A DNA stretch of 64,000 nt from a virus, in the IMG/VR virus record IMGVR_UViG_3300045988_169405. The stretch is one strand, 5' to 3'. The translations under genes were made by a program, and so were the position numbers. The notes under the pieces were generated by a model that was not told the DNA's origin, ran no database searches, and saw only the letters and a program-made list of their open reading frames with translations. Positions within the stretch are counted from its first letter, which is position 1. The number at the start of each line of letters is the position of its first letter. Positions 38,368-48,554 of the stretch are shown piece by piece.

Positions 38368-38688
38368 TTAGCCCTGAAGTTCATAGAGGCAATTAACTAC
38401 CGACTCGAAGGCGCGGATACTTGCAGGCGACCAGTCTGTGTAGTCTTCACCGTAGGTTTCACCGTCTACTACGAGGTGATTGGATTCATAGATGCACACC
38501 TCAATGTCCTGTTCATTGTCACCGAACACGAAGTGGATAATTCCAATCTGTCCACCGGCGGGTTCGCCAAGGTTACAGGAGGTGTATTCCAGGGTGTCTT
38601 CGTTGGCTTCGATGTGGTTGAAAATATCTTCAACGGTGTAGGTGCCGGGGAGGTAGATGTGTCGTTCGCGGCTGAAGAACTCGGTCAT
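38368..38688 (-). CDS. hypothetical acidic protein, tandem paralog of 38728-39096
   Basis: FSRERH..P.TYTVEDIF.HIE ... FESVVNCL shared. Confidence 0.6.
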   Translation of the reverse strand: MTEFFSRERHIYLPGTYTVEDIFNHIEANEDTLEYTSCNLGEPAGGQIGIIHFVFGDNEQDIEVCIYESNHLVVDGETYGEDYTDWSPASIRAFESVVNCLYELQG

Positions 38689-38727
38689 GGTGTCTTTCCT
38701 TTACGGTAGTGGGTCTATTGGTGGTGA

Positions 38728-39096
38728 TTATCGTTCTAGTTCCTTGAGGCAATTAACTACCGACTCAAAGGTATCGAAGCTTGCATCTGACCATTCAAGG
38801 TAATCTTCATGAATGGCATCACCGTCTACTGCGAGGCGGTTCTTAGAGTCCTTGTCCTCATAGATGTACACTTCAATCTGCTGTTCTTGGTCGCCAAACT
38901 CAAGGTTGATAATACCAATCTGGTTACCCATAGGCTCACCAATCCAGCCGTGGGTGTACTCTCGGGTGCACTCTTGAACGTTTCCGCTCTTCATGGTGTG
39001 CTCAATATGTGCGAAAATATCCTCAACGGTGTAGGTATTGGGGATGAAGACATGGCGCTCACGGCTAAACTCTTCGTTCATGAGGTCCCAGGACAT
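38728..39096 (-). CDS. hypothetical acidic protein, tandem paralog
   Basis: as above; promoter module 39172-39232. Confidence 0.6.
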   Translation of the reverse strand: MSWDLMNEEFSRERHVFIPNTYTVEDIFAHIEHTMKSGNVQECTREYTHGWIGEPMGNQIGIINLEFGDQEQQIEVYIYEDKDSKNRLAVDGDAIHEDYLEWSDASFDTFESVVNCLKELER

Positions 39097-39171
39097 AGTA
39101 TCTGTTCCTTTCAGTGAATAGTGGATAGTGAGTGGGTATCGGGGTGGTTTCCCGCTTACTTAATATACTTC

Positions 39172-39232
39172 CATTATGGCACACTCTGGCATGAGATGCA
39201 ACCTAAAACACTGTGATTTATACAATATGCCC
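39172..39232 (-). promoter_or_regulatory. conserved promoter module
   Basis: copy. Confidence 0.55.
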
Positions 39233-39235
39233 CAA

Positions 39236-39272
39236 ACATTAGACCCCCTAAAGTTTGTCCTTTAGGGGGTCT
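39236..39272 (-). terminator. hairpin GACCCCCTAAAG...CTTTAGGGGGTC
   Basis: inverted repeat. Confidence 0.5.
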
Positions 39273-39292
39273 AATATTCAATGCACTAAGTG

Positions 39293-40345
39293 CTAATCTT
39301 CAAATTCTTCAACGTCTTCTAGGGGCTTCCTGTAGTAAACGCCTAGAACCCTATTGGTTGCCGCGTATTCCAGTAGCTCATCATTGGGATTTCGTGTACT
39401 CCAGCGGGTAGCCCTGAGATAATACGATTTACGCCAATGCCTAGTAAACTTGCCCTGTCCGGGATTTACCCACGCAAGGTTACTATGGTGCTTTTCACTG
39501 TCCCTTATATGTTTCTGAAGGTCATCTGAGGCACCTTGTGACTTGTGCGATAGTTCGGTAATGTCACAGCTATCGGGGGTAATCTTCCACCCCTTATCCC
39601 TGTAACCGGTCGTAAATGCGTTGGGTGAGCCGTTGCTGTTCACTGGTTCTTCCAGTATGACATTCTCAATACTAAGTGGGGCTGATTCTACTACTAGTGC
39701 GATTGCGCCATGAATCATGGAACGGTCTTTCACAGAGATATTGCCTGCAAGATACACAGAGCCGCTAACGGTACTATCTTCAATGCGTACACCATTGGCT
39801 ACATGGGCGTTATCCATAATGACAGAACGCTTTATGATTGTTTCCCGAATTGGTGACTCATTTTCGGGTACGTCGCCCCTCAGCTTAGCTATCATGGAGT
39901 TAGTTATGTAGGTTGCATTGCCGGTCACGGTTGCAGTGTTAATAATCTTTGAATCTTCCACAAATGCGCCATGCAGTACACGCGCATAGTCCGATACATA
40001 GGATAGCCCAGTAACCACTGAGGGGAACTGCACGGTTGCTTGACCACTAACCTGCGCGTCACCTGACACTTCACCGGACACTAGCGCCATGTCACCAACC
40101 CAGCATGTCCCCTCATGACTTAGACAATCTTCACGGGATACGTACCCACCCAGGTCGCCCGCTTCCACAGAGGGTAGATTAAGGGGACGGTCAATATGAC
40201 GTAGTGCCTTAATGCGATAGTAGCGGGTCGTACCAATATCTTTATAGTCACCATGCAGGATTTCATACTTACGGTCACTATCGGCACTGTATGCTTCCTT
40301 ATGATTAAGCTTATCCTTGAGTGATTCTAGGGTCTTTTTCAGCAT
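39293..40345 (-). CDS. beta-helix repeat protein, paralog of 15550-16143
   Basis: repeats VSGEVSGDAQVSGQATV; YRIKALRHID. Confidence 0.55.
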   Translation of the reverse strand: MLKKTLESLKDKLNHKEAYSADSDRKYEILHGDYKDIGTTRYYRIKALRHIDRPLNLPSVEAGDLGGYVSREDCLSHEGTCWVGDMALVSGEVSGDAQVSGQATVQFPSVVTGLSYVSDYARVLHGAFVEDSKIINTATVTGNATYITNSMIAKLRGDVPENESPIRETIIKRSVIMDNAHVANGVRIEDSTVSGSVYLAGNISVKDRSMIHGAIALVVESAPLSIENVILEEPVNSNGSPNAFTTGYRDKGWKITPDSCDITELSHKSQGASDDLQKHIRDSEKHHSNLAWVNPGQGKFTRHWRKSYYLRATRWSTRNPNDELLEYAATNRVLGVYYRKPLEDVEEFED

Positions 40346-40632
40346 GGGCTATGACTTCCTTTCTATCTAGCCTTTAGGGGATGCTTGCGTGGTCATTGCG
40401 GCACATATTACACCTTATGTCACGTGTCAATTATAGCAAACATATATGTATTTTGACGCGCCGCCTGTCGCCCCGCAGGGGGCTTTTGTTTACCTGGGGG
40501 TAAAGTTATACTATCAACTAGTTTTAGGGCGCGAAATACCCCCTAGAGGGCTTCCAGAGGGTATCTAAGGGGATATGAGGAAGACCCGCTAGTTACCTTT
40601 AGGGGTATCTAGCGGGTCTTATGTGTCTAGCC

Positions 40633-41091
40633 TTAGTGCTCTTCGTACTCGCCTTCAATGTCCATGATTTCGTAGGAAGAGGAGGGGGACTCTTCAAGCT
40701 CAATGTCACCGAACAGGTATTCAGTCCACTCGGATACCATGTGTTCAATCTGTGCGTCTACCTTATCCTGCACTTCCTTGAGGTCAGCACCGGCGGGAAT
40801 TTCATGAGTGTACTCGAAGTAGAGCTTTCCTTCCTTGATAGCTTCACTGAAAGCTTCAAGCTCTTCACCTGCAAGGTAGTAGATAGCCTCATCAAAACCG
40901 ATAATGATACCGTCTTCGAGTTCCCATTCGACAGTTACATAGTTGCCAATGTGGGTAAACTCTTCGGTGTATACATCATCTTCAAGCTCGGTACGGTTCA
41001 GGGTTTCAAAGCGTGCCACGAGCGGGGTTGCATGACCCTCGTTCTGAATGGTCGCAAAAGCATTGCGGAGGTTAGCGATAGATGCGGTCAT
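40633..41091 (-). CDS. hypothetical acidic protein (start MTASIAN after the conserved leader)
   Basis: leader/RBS at 41092-41130. Confidence 0.6.
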   Translation of the reverse strand: MTASIANLRNAFATIQNEGHATPLVARFETLNRTELEDDVYTEEFTHIGNYVTVEWELEDGIIIGFDEAIYYLAGEELEAFSEAIKEGKLYFEYTHEIPAGADLKEVQDKVDAQIEHMVSEWTEYLFGDIELEESPSSSYEIMDIEGEYEEH

Positions 41092-41164
41092 GATGGTTAC
41101 CCTTTCGGTAGGTAGATAGATAGTGGAACTGGTATTAGGGGTAGCACCCCTTTGCTTTATATAA

Positions 41165-41222
41165 CTATTATGACACACTCTAAAACCTTACGCAAGCCAA
41201 AATCATATGAAATAGCTCACAT
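41165..41222 (-). promoter_or_regulatory. conserved promoter module
   Basis: copy. Confidence 0.6.
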
Positions 41223-41244
41223 AAGGGTTGGGCGGTATAGTGCT

Positions 41245-42483
41245 CTACCTATTAAATTCAGCAATGCCCTGCAAGCATGACCAAAGCTCAGCGTGATTCC
41301 GCTTGGACTCTTCTAAGTAGTCATTGACTTCACGCTTAATATACTCACGTGTATATTCCTCGAGCTTCTGGATACGGAAGATATTACCGACCTCATGCAA
41401 TAACCTGTCAGTTTCAACACACAGGTTTGCAAGAGTGAAGCTAGACCTCATCAAGCTCTGCTCGTAACCGCCGAGCATATTGCGCATACTATGCAATGAA
41501 TTATGCTGTCCCGTTACTAGTGCATGGTAATCTTCCACTAGTTCCAGGTCAGGGCTAGGCAAGATAGTGTACTCTGCTACGGTATCTACGGTTCCGTCTG
41601 CCCAGCCTAGCTGTAGGTCGGTCTTGTAGTGGAACTCAAGGTCACAGTCAGGCTGACAGAATGAGGGGTTACTGTCGTCATGGGTTGCTACTACGGCTAG
41701 GGTACTTTCGTCGCCTGTGTCGAGGTTCTTCAAGGTAGCGTTTTTGGTGTTGCCGCCGGTCACCTGGAAGTATTGCCAGCCGTGGCGGGTTGTAATCTGT
41801 AGAATGTCACCTACGGTAACACCCATGTCGTAGATTCCTGTGATTCCGTCCTGTAGATAGATGAACTCACAGCCCGACTCAACTTTACTTGCCCGCACTT
41901 TGCCCATGTAGGCGTTTACTTGCTCCTCATCCTGTCGTGCATGGTCATTGATAATGTCTACCGCCCACCCGGTTTCCTTGCGGTAGTTTTCGACATGCTC
42001 ATTGCTTTCTTTCTGGAAGCAACGGATAATGTCGGTCACATCCTGTTCGCTGGCTACAGTGTGCGGGTTGTTGCACCACTGATTCAGGGGCGGTACCGGC
42101 TTGTCATGCCGGGTTGCACGCCTAATATCAGCTAGTAGGTTATGCGCCTTATAGAGGTTGGCATAGTATCGGTCAATGTTCCGTTTGGCGGCTTCTTCCT
42201 TGGTGAAGTGGTTGATGATGTTCACCGGCTCTGCCTTTGAACCTTTAGGGTTACGCTTTGACCACTTATCGCTCTGGTAGAGAGTGTGGGTATAGGGGTA
42301 CCCTTCCTCTGTGGTTCCGGGGTTGTACTCTAGGGCGTATCGCCTATCCCAGTAGGGGCTATCTTTCATCATTGCGATATTGCCGCCACCGTTGGTACCT
42401 GCAATGGTGTGCATACCGTATTCGCCGGTCACAGCATGGCTAGTGATAATGATGTCGCCGGGGTTGAAGCTAATGTTAGTCAT
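41245..42483 (-). CDS. hypothetical protein (412 aa)
   Basis: ORF. Confidence 0.6.
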   Translation of the reverse strand: MTNISFNPGDIIITSHAVTGEYGMHTIAGTNGGGNIAMMKDSPYWDRRYALEYNPGTTEEGYPYTHTLYQSDKWSKRNPKGSKAEPVNIINHFTKEEAAKRNIDRYYANLYKAHNLLADIRRATRHDKPVPPLNQWCNNPHTVASEQDVTDIIRCFQKESNEHVENYRKETGWAVDIINDHARQDEEQVNAYMGKVRASKVESGCEFIYLQDGITGIYDMGVTVGDILQITTRHGWQYFQVTGGNTKNATLKNLDTGDESTLAVVATHDDSNPSFCQPDCDLEFHYKTDLQLGWADGTVDTVAEYTILPSPDLELVEDYHALVTGQHNSLHSMRNMLGGYEQSLMRSSFTLANLCVETDRLLHEVGNIFRIQKLEEYTREYIKREVNDYLEESKRNHAELWSCLQGIAEFNR

Positions 42484-42594
42484 AGGTTAAATTCCTTCTC
42501 TTAGTAGGGTTAGGGGGGGTACCCCCTCTAGGGGTGGAAGATTTCAGTGGTTTTGTGTAATCTTCGTTCCCTTAGAGGGGGTTACTGTGTGGCG

Positions 42595-43041
42595 TTAGCT
42601 ACGTACATAGAACACGGAGTATGTGTTGTGGGCTACGATTTCGCCGTCACGCGCTTTATGGTTCTCGCGACCGTCACAAATCATGTCGTCACTCTCAACG
42701 TCTAGCTTATATGCTTGGTCAAGGTTATCAACCCGCTTAGCGTCACCAACCCAGTGAGTCCACCCCTCATCAGGGTTATCATACTTACCTGCTTCACGCC
42801 AATCAAGGCCGCCGTCTTCCCAGTGCGGGTCTTGACGACTGCATACGCCTTTACCGTCTGGGCAGGTGTAGTACTCGGTACTGTACCATGTGTAGCTAGA
42901 TGAGACGTTACGAACCTCAACATTGACTCGCGTCTCATTGATGTTCACTTCACACAGGTTAGGGGCATCGCACCCGGTTAGTAGTACTATGGGTAGTGCT
43001 ACTAGGGCGGCTAGTTTCTTACGCATATGTTGCGACTCCAA
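42595..43041 (-). CDS. Cys-containing lipoprotein, family member 3
   Basis: lipobox LLTGC; motif CDGRENHKARDGEIVAHN. Confidence 0.55.
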   Translation of the reverse strand: MESQHMRKKLAALVALPIVLLTGCDAPNLCEVNINETRVNVEVRNVSSSYTWYSTEYYTCPDGKGVCSRQDPHWEDGGLDWREAGKYDNPDEGWTHWVGDAKRVDNLDQAYKLDVESDDMICDGRENHKARDGEIVAHNTYSVFYVRS

Positions 43042-43070
43042 TTCCTTCCAATAGGGGTAGGCTTAGGTGA

Positions 43071-43580
43071 CTAGTCCCAGCTGTCAATGTCTTTAAACAT
43101 TTTCCGCTGACTAATAAATTCCCTGGCAATAATCCAGATACCACCCGCAATGTTAGATGCTAGTATACACATGGAGGGGTGCCCCGTGAGTAGCATACCT
43201 ATGAACAAGCCAAATGTAACAAAGTTCGCAAAAAGACCAAATAAAGCAAGTGCTTGATTTGCTAACCAATTACAGTCCATTTCATCATCTATCATGAGGC
43301 AAACCTTGGAATCATTATTGAAGTAACCTGTCACATAACCCAACATGGCTACTCCTGGGAACCAGAAAAAATAGAGTACGGGTGCAATAAGTGCAAGCGC
43401 GAACAATTCATGAAATGAATAGTTGCCGTCACCCCCATACGTGGTCACCTCTTTGGGGCGTTCCCACCTTTTCGCTCCAGGGTTATGCAGTAGGGCCGTG
43501 TACTGGTTTACGGGCTGGTCTTTATTCTGTTGAATAATGATGTTTTCTAGGTGCTCTTGTGGGGTGAGTTTCCGGGTCAT
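43071..43580 (-). CDS. membrane protein (169 aa)
   Basis: hydrophobic helices. Confidence 0.55.
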   Translation of the reverse strand: MTRKLTPQEHLENIIIQQNKDQPVNQYTALLHNPGAKRWERPKEVTTYGGDGNYSFHELFALALIAPVLYFFWFPGVAMLGYVTGYFNNDSKVCLMIDDEMDCNWLANQALALFGLFANFVTFGLFIGMLLTGHPSMCILASNIAGGIWIIAREFISQRKMFKDIDSWD

Positions 43581-43592
43581 GGGGTGGTTCCT

Positions 43593-44534
43593 TTAGTGGC
43601 GTGCTAGTAGTTCCTTGAGGTATTCCTCATTGTCGAGGTTTTCCAGGTCTTTGTTGCTGTCCTGAATTTCGTTATATGCCTTGAGGGTTTCACGGTTGAG
43701 GTTCAGGTCGGCGGTGTCTACGTCGGGTAGTGCCTTGATGCGCTGTACGTCCTTGATGAGGGTTTTGGTTGCGGCGCTTAGGCGCTTGTTGCGTAGCGCT
43801 TCGTTGAGTTTGGTGACTGCTTCTCGACCGGCTCGAACCATTTCGGTTAGCTGTTCAAGGTTCTTCTCCTGTGCGGGGATTACCTTCTTATCTAGCATCT
43901 TTGCGGTGCTGATAAGCTCGTCCTTGTGGGCGCTGTTAGCATTGTAGCGCTGAATGTTACGTAGGGCTTCAGTAATGTCTACTAGGTCTTTGCGGCTTGC
44001 GGCTAGGGTTGCTTCGGCTTGGTAGCGTAGGGCGATGTTGATGCCGTTGGCTTTGTTGATTTTTTCGAGGTGTCGGTTTATCTTTCGGTCACTGAGCATG
44101 AGGGTTGTTCCTTTCGATTCTGGCTTTTGGGTGGTGATAGGTTCGGGGCGGACGGTGGTTTCGCCTAGCTTTTCAATGTCTAGGGCGTGTCCCGCTAGGG
44201 TCTTGTAGTATTTGGTGCGTCCTGTCCTACGCCAGCTAGAGGCGGCTTTACCGTCGCGGGCAATGTCTTTAATGGTTGCGGTCATGATGCCTTGCACCAT
44301 GTGGGGCATACGGGGGTTATTGGAACGCATAATGATAGCATCAGCGCGCTTATCCATGCAGGCTAGTAGCCAGCCTACCTCGGGGGTAATGATACGGTTT
44401 AGATTGCGTCCACTGAGTATGGGTCGCCCGTATTCTTTGCTGTTGATTTTGGTAATAAGCTCTTGTGCTTTGTCGGTCATTTGCTGTTCCTTTTCTGCTC
44501 TTACGGTAAATAGGGTGCGTATTGGTTGTATCAC
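43593..44534 (-). CDS. hypothetical protein (313 aa); contains an internal GAAAGG RBS + ATG at 44100, so possibly two products
   Basis: ORF; internal conserved RBS. Confidence 0.5.
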   Translation of the reverse strand: MIQPIRTLFTVRAEKEQQMTDKAQELITKINSKEYGRPILSGRNLNRIITPEVGWLLACMDKRADAIIMRSNNPRMPHMVQGIMTATIKDIARDGKAASSWRRTGRTKYYKTLAGHALDIEKLGETTVRPEPITTQKPESKGTTLMLSDRKINRHLEKINKANGINIALRYQAEATLAASRKDLVDITEALRNIQRYNANSAHKDELISTAKMLDKKVIPAQEKNLEQLTEMVRAGREAVTKLNEALRNKRLSAATKTLIKDVQRIKALPDVDTADLNLNRETLKAYNEIQDSNKDLENLDNEEYLKELLARH

Positions 44535-44639
44535 TCTTCGGCGCGGTTTTTTCGCCTGTCTGTGGTGATGTTATATGGGTGTGGGTTTGCCCCGCGTAAA
44601 CCTTGTGGGGGTTCATGCGGGGCGGGCGACTAATTGGGG

Positions 44640-45026
44640 TTAGTCTTCCTTGGTTGCGCCGTCAATGAAGATAATGCCTTTATCAATGTTTTCAATGGTT
44701 GCGGTCATGCCGTTCTTAGCAATGAATCGCAGGGTTTCGTATTTGGGGTTATCCTCACCTACCACGCTTACGCCGATAATGGAGCGGGTCACGCCTTCGT
44801 ATGCAATGTGGCTATCGTCGGTGTCCGTGTGGAAAGTGAAGTCAAACCAGGCGGCATCTTCGTACTCTTCACCAATCGAAATGTCTACCTTGGTAGCGGT
44901 ATTCTCAAGGATTTCCCAGAGCTCTTCGTTTTCGGTGTCGTCGGTTACATACTTATGGTTTTCGACCAGGAGAGAGGCGATTTCGGTGTTGATACCCATG
45001 TAACCGTCGAGAATGAGCTTTGCCAT
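44640..45026 (-). CDS. hypothetical acidic protein
   Basis: conserved leader at 45027-45060; promoter 45098-45160. Confidence 0.6.
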   Translation of the reverse strand: MAKLILDGYMGINTEIASLLVENHKYVTDDTENEELWEILENTATKVDISIGEEYEDAAWFDFTFHTDTDDSHIAYEGVTRSIIGVSVVGEDNPKYETLRFIAKNGMTATIENIDKGIIFIDGATKED

Positions 45027-45097
45027 GATGAGCAACCTTTCGGTAGGTAGATAGTGAACTTATCGCTAGGGGCTTTCCCCCTTGCTTATATAACTAT

Positions 45098-45160
45098 TAT
45101 GGCACAATCATAACCCCTGCGCAAGTTAAAAATCTGTGAATTAGCCCACATAGGGGTTGT
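45098..45160 (-). promoter_or_regulatory. conserved promoter module (TGTGAATTAGCCCACA)
   Basis: copy. Confidence 0.6.
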
Positions 45161-45168
45161 ATGCATAT

Positions 45169-45582
45169 TTAGGGGGTGCCACCACAAACGTCAGAGTGTT
45201 CGGGGAAATTACTAATCCAAACCCGAATCAACCCATCGAAGCAAAACTCTGGCTCTTCTACTTCGCCCAAAAGGTCAAGGGCACCCGTAACACGGTAGAT
45301 AGCATACTCAAGCTCACCAGGTTCACTGCTCCGACTAGTCAGGCGAGCGCGAATACTTTCATCATCCACCGTCAGGCGCGCCCCATTCTTGCCACAAAAG
45401 TAGAACTCCATAGGCTCCCCCTCAAACAGATACCTAGATGTAACCTCGAGGTATGCGACTTCCTTAGTTAAAACTTCTATAATGTCGCTCATGCCAACAC
45501 CCTTAACCGGGTCGATAACGAGCTTAAAAGGTAGCGGGTCATCAATATACAGAGCTGTCATGTGTAAATTTTTTCCTTCCAA
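45169..45582 (-). CDS. hypothetical protein (137 aa)
   Basis: ORF. Confidence 0.55.
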   Translation of the reverse strand: MEGKNLHMTALYIDDPLPFKLVIDPVKGVGMSDIIEVLTKEVAYLEVTSRYLFEGEPMEFYFCGKNGARLTVDDESIRARLTSRSSEPGELEYAIYRVTGALDLLGEVEEPEFCFDGLIRVWISNFPEHSDVCGGTP

Positions 45583-45681
45583 TAGTGAATCTTCAATATA
45601 CCCAGCCGGGCACCCTATATAGGGGTGTACCCCTTAGTGCTCGCAATGGTATTCTGCAAGCACTAAGGGGTATTTGGGTTT

Positions 45682-46102
45682 TTAGCGGTATTCTACCCGC
45701 TCATCGTTCCAGTATAGAGCACCGGCACAGAAGATGACACTCTGTGGTTCTTTGTCAATGTCTCGCACCCAGACACTTCCTGACACGTTGCGGTTTGCCA
45801 TGTACCCGATAAGCTTAGGGTCTTCACTGGGCACTGCAATTTCGCCGGTAATCCATTCATGCCTACCCTCAGTGTCGAGGCGTAGGTGCCACCTGTCTTC
45901 CTTGAGTAGGATTCCGTCGTAGCGATTCTTGTCTTCGTTCCGGCGAACAATGAAGCGCGCAATATAGGTGTTCTTGAACACCTGGGCGATTTCGTCGAAC
46001 GTCACCCCTTCGATAGGGTCGGGGGGTAAATTGGAAGTAGATACCGTTTGCCTCGTACTTTTCCATATAGTACTCTTCGGTGTAGTTGAGGTTGTTCTTC
46101 AT
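45682..46102 (-). pseudogene. gene split by a frameshift at a C6/G6 tract (~46012-46018): N-terminal part MKNNLNYTEEYY... (46102 down) and C-terminal part in another frame (to 45682)
   Basis: two overlapping ORFs 45682-46005 and 45869-46102 joined across the homopolymer; conserved leader precedes 46102. Confidence 0.45.
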
Positions 46103-46182
46103 GGTGTTATTCCTTTCGGTAGTTGCCCTATACCCCCTAGCTGTGTTTGGTAGCTAGGGGGCGGAGGGGGTAGGTTGGTGGT

Positions 46183-46557
46183 TTACTTGATATACTTGTC
46201 CATTACCTTCTTTGCATCGTTGTAGTTCTTCAGTTCGTCAGCTACAGCCTTCTGCCAGTACTGGATGTTGATGTCACGCGGGATAGTGTCATTATCCTTA
46301 ACGCCTTCTTCAGCTTGCCACATGCGGGTCTGTTCCAGGTATGAGATGCAGTCGATTTCGTTGTAGTGGAACTCCATATATGCCTTATCATGGAGGGTCG
46401 CCGCGTCTTCGTGGCTCATGGTGTGCAGGTTTTCGTGGCTGTACTTGAAGATTACCTCCATGTTTGCGCGGGCGGCTTCACGAATGACCTGGCACGCCTT
46501 ACGGATAGCACCGTAGGTGGTGAGGGTTTCGAGCTTGATGTCCTGTATGGTCTGCAT
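46183..46557 (-). CDS. hypothetical protein (start MQTIQDIKL)
   Basis: conserved leader; promoter 46618-46680. Confidence 0.6.
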   Translation of the reverse strand: MQTIQDIKLETLTTYGAIRKACQVIREAARANMEVIFKYSHENLHTMSHEDAATLHDKAYMEFHYNEIDCISYLEQTRMWQAEEGVKDNDTIPRDINIQYWQKAVADELKNYNDAKKVMDKYIK

Positions 46558-46617
46558 GATGGGCAACCTTTCGGTAGATAGTGAACTACTTGAGGGGATA
46601 ACCCCTCGGTACACTTC

Positions 46618-46680
46618 TATTATGGCACACTCTTAACCCCTATGCAAGCCAAATTTATATGAATTAGGTCACATAGGGGT
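46618..46680 (-). promoter_or_regulatory. conserved promoter module
   Basis: copy. Confidence 0.6.
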
Positions 46681-46701
46681 TATGTAGGTGTGGGTGTGCA
46701 G

Positions 46702-47592
46702 TTATTCAAGTTCTACCCGGTCTATTTCTTCACCGTCCGAACGTTTACCCCTGAATAGCTCATAACAGGCGAAAGGTGCGCAACCCACGATAGCAATAAG
46801 AGCCGCAACACCAAATTTTCCAGTCAAAACATAGGCACACAGGGCAACAATGAAAGGCAACAGGAACAAGAAAGTGGACAGTAGTACCGACCACCCCTTA
46901 CGCGAACGCTTCCTATCCTTACCTGGCTTGTCATTACCACCCTCCGGTTCCTTCTTAGCCTTTACAGTCTTCTTCTTATCCCCAGTGGTGAGCACTGAGT
47001 CAATACCGGGGTATTCACCGTACCCTTGGAGGACGGCTAGAAGTTCGGCGGGTGTAGGCAACGTGTCTTCTTTGCCCGTGCGTGGTAGGACGTTGAACTC
47101 TAGGATTTCTTCATAGACCCGGTATGCGTCACGAAACAAGTTAGTGTACTTGATGCCGAGGTTGTAATCTGTCTGCTTGATAAGGCACCCCTGCACGTAA
47201 CCTAGCCTTGGGGCGTTCTTGGTTCGCTTGGCGTTCTGCTGGTAGGCAACAATCTTATACTGCTTACCGCTTGCAAGGACACTATTCCATAGGAAGCTGT
47301 ACCGCTCGTTAGTACCTTTGATGGTCAGATACACGCCGTAGGGGTCGTCGGTTCCATATTCTACTACCTTGTCGGTGGTGAGTAGTTTCTGAAACGCTAC
47401 GGTGTGTAGTACGTCTTCCGTATAGGGGCTGAGGTGGTCACAGATAGGGGACACTGCTTTATCGTTAAGTTCGCCGGGGTAGGGTGCGCGGTGTGTCCAG
47501 TCTGAGGTGAGAATCTGGGTGTAGAGTGCTTCAAGGATGGTGTACTCGTTTTGGGTTACCCCGAAGAATTGGGCGAGTCCATTGTCAGTCAT
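46702..47592 (-). CDS. hypothetical protein with a C-terminal basic segment + TM helix
   Basis: ORF. Confidence 0.55.
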   Translation of the reverse strand: MTDNGLAQFFGVTQNEYTILEALYTQILTSDWTHRAPYPGELNDKAVSPICDHLSPYTEDVLHTVAFQKLLTTDKVVEYGTDDPYGVYLTIKGTNERYSFLWNSVLASGKQYKIVAYQQNAKRTKNAPRLGYVQGCLIKQTDYNLGIKYTNLFRDAYRVYEEILEFNVLPRTGKEDTLPTPAELLAVLQGYGEYPGIDSVLTTGDKKKTVKAKKEPEGGNDKPGKDRKRSRKGWSVLLSTFLFLLPFIVALCAYVLTGKFGVAALIAIVGCAPFACYELFRGKRSDGEEIDRVELE

Positions 47593-47594
47593 GG

Positions 47595-48449
47595 TTATAC
47601 CTCGATACCCTTCTCTCGAATCTTCTTAATGTCTAGTTCTAGCCCCAGTTCGTCCATCATGGTTTCACTGTCAGATGCAGGCTCTAGGGGCATGTTCTTC
47701 AGGATTTCGCTAATGGTTTCATCCTGAATGTTAGTGAATCCGTCGTCTTGGTTGCTGAAGTTGTTGACGATTGCCTGGTTCTGCTTCTCTACCTGCGCGA
47801 TTTCCTTTGCGAGGGCGTAGATATGTAGCTGGTCTTCGATAGTGTCTAGGCGCGCACGGGTGATGTTGAACGACTCGGTAAGGTCGTTGATGGTTCGCTC
47901 CGTGTTCTTGTAGGACGTTTTGCGGGCGTTAATTTCTCGCATGACACGCATCAGCTCCGGGTCATTGGCGGGCTTCTCGCTTGAGTTAATGACGTTCGCG
48001 CGGTTGATAATGTCAGCCCTGCGTGCTTCATTTGCGGCGCGGCACTCATTGAGTGATAGGGTGAGCTGTTCTAGGCGTGCTTTGTTTGCCTTATGTTCCG
48101 CTACGAGGTTGTTGTAGTTGTTGCTTACCTTGGTTTTGCGGTTGAAGATGGGCAAGGGTCGTCCTTTCAGAATAAATTTTGCTTGGTCTACGGTGATGTT
48201 TCCGTTCAGTGCGGCGTATGTGTTGATGATGAATCCGTCGAGCCCTGCAAGCTTAACATGTGGGATAGGGGTTCCGCCGGTTCGGGCGCGGTGGATTGCT
48301 TCGTTTGCTTTATTGAAAGCGTCTACGTATTCGGGTACACCACTGTTAAGGATTGTTTCACGGGCGGTTTCCGCTACGATTGCCGCCGCCGCTAGGGTTT
48401 CCTTGTTTGCGGGCGTGTAGTAGTTGTGTGCGATAGTGGCTGTGTCCAT
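47595..48449 (-). CDS. hypothetical coiled-coil protein (284 aa)
   Basis: ORF. Confidence 0.55.
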   Translation of the reverse strand: MDTATIAHNYYTPANKETLAAAAIVAETARETILNSGVPEYVDAFNKANEAIHRARTGGTPIPHVKLAGLDGFIINTYAALNGNITVDQAKFILKGRPLPIFNRKTKVSNNYNNLVAEHKANKARLEQLTLSLNECRAANEARRADIINRANVINSSEKPANDPELMRVMREINARKTSYKNTERTINDLTESFNITRARLDTIEDQLHIYALAKEIAQVEKQNQAIVNNFSNQDDGFTNIQDETISEILKNMPLEPASDSETMMDELGLELDIKKIREKGIEV

Positions 48450-48554
48450 GTTTGAGCCTTTCTTGATGGTTGCTTGGGTGGATTGTCGTACTGTTATTAT
48501 ACCCCCTCCAGGTGATTCTAGAGGGGGTATTTAGTGTTTCAGGTTGTGATTTAT

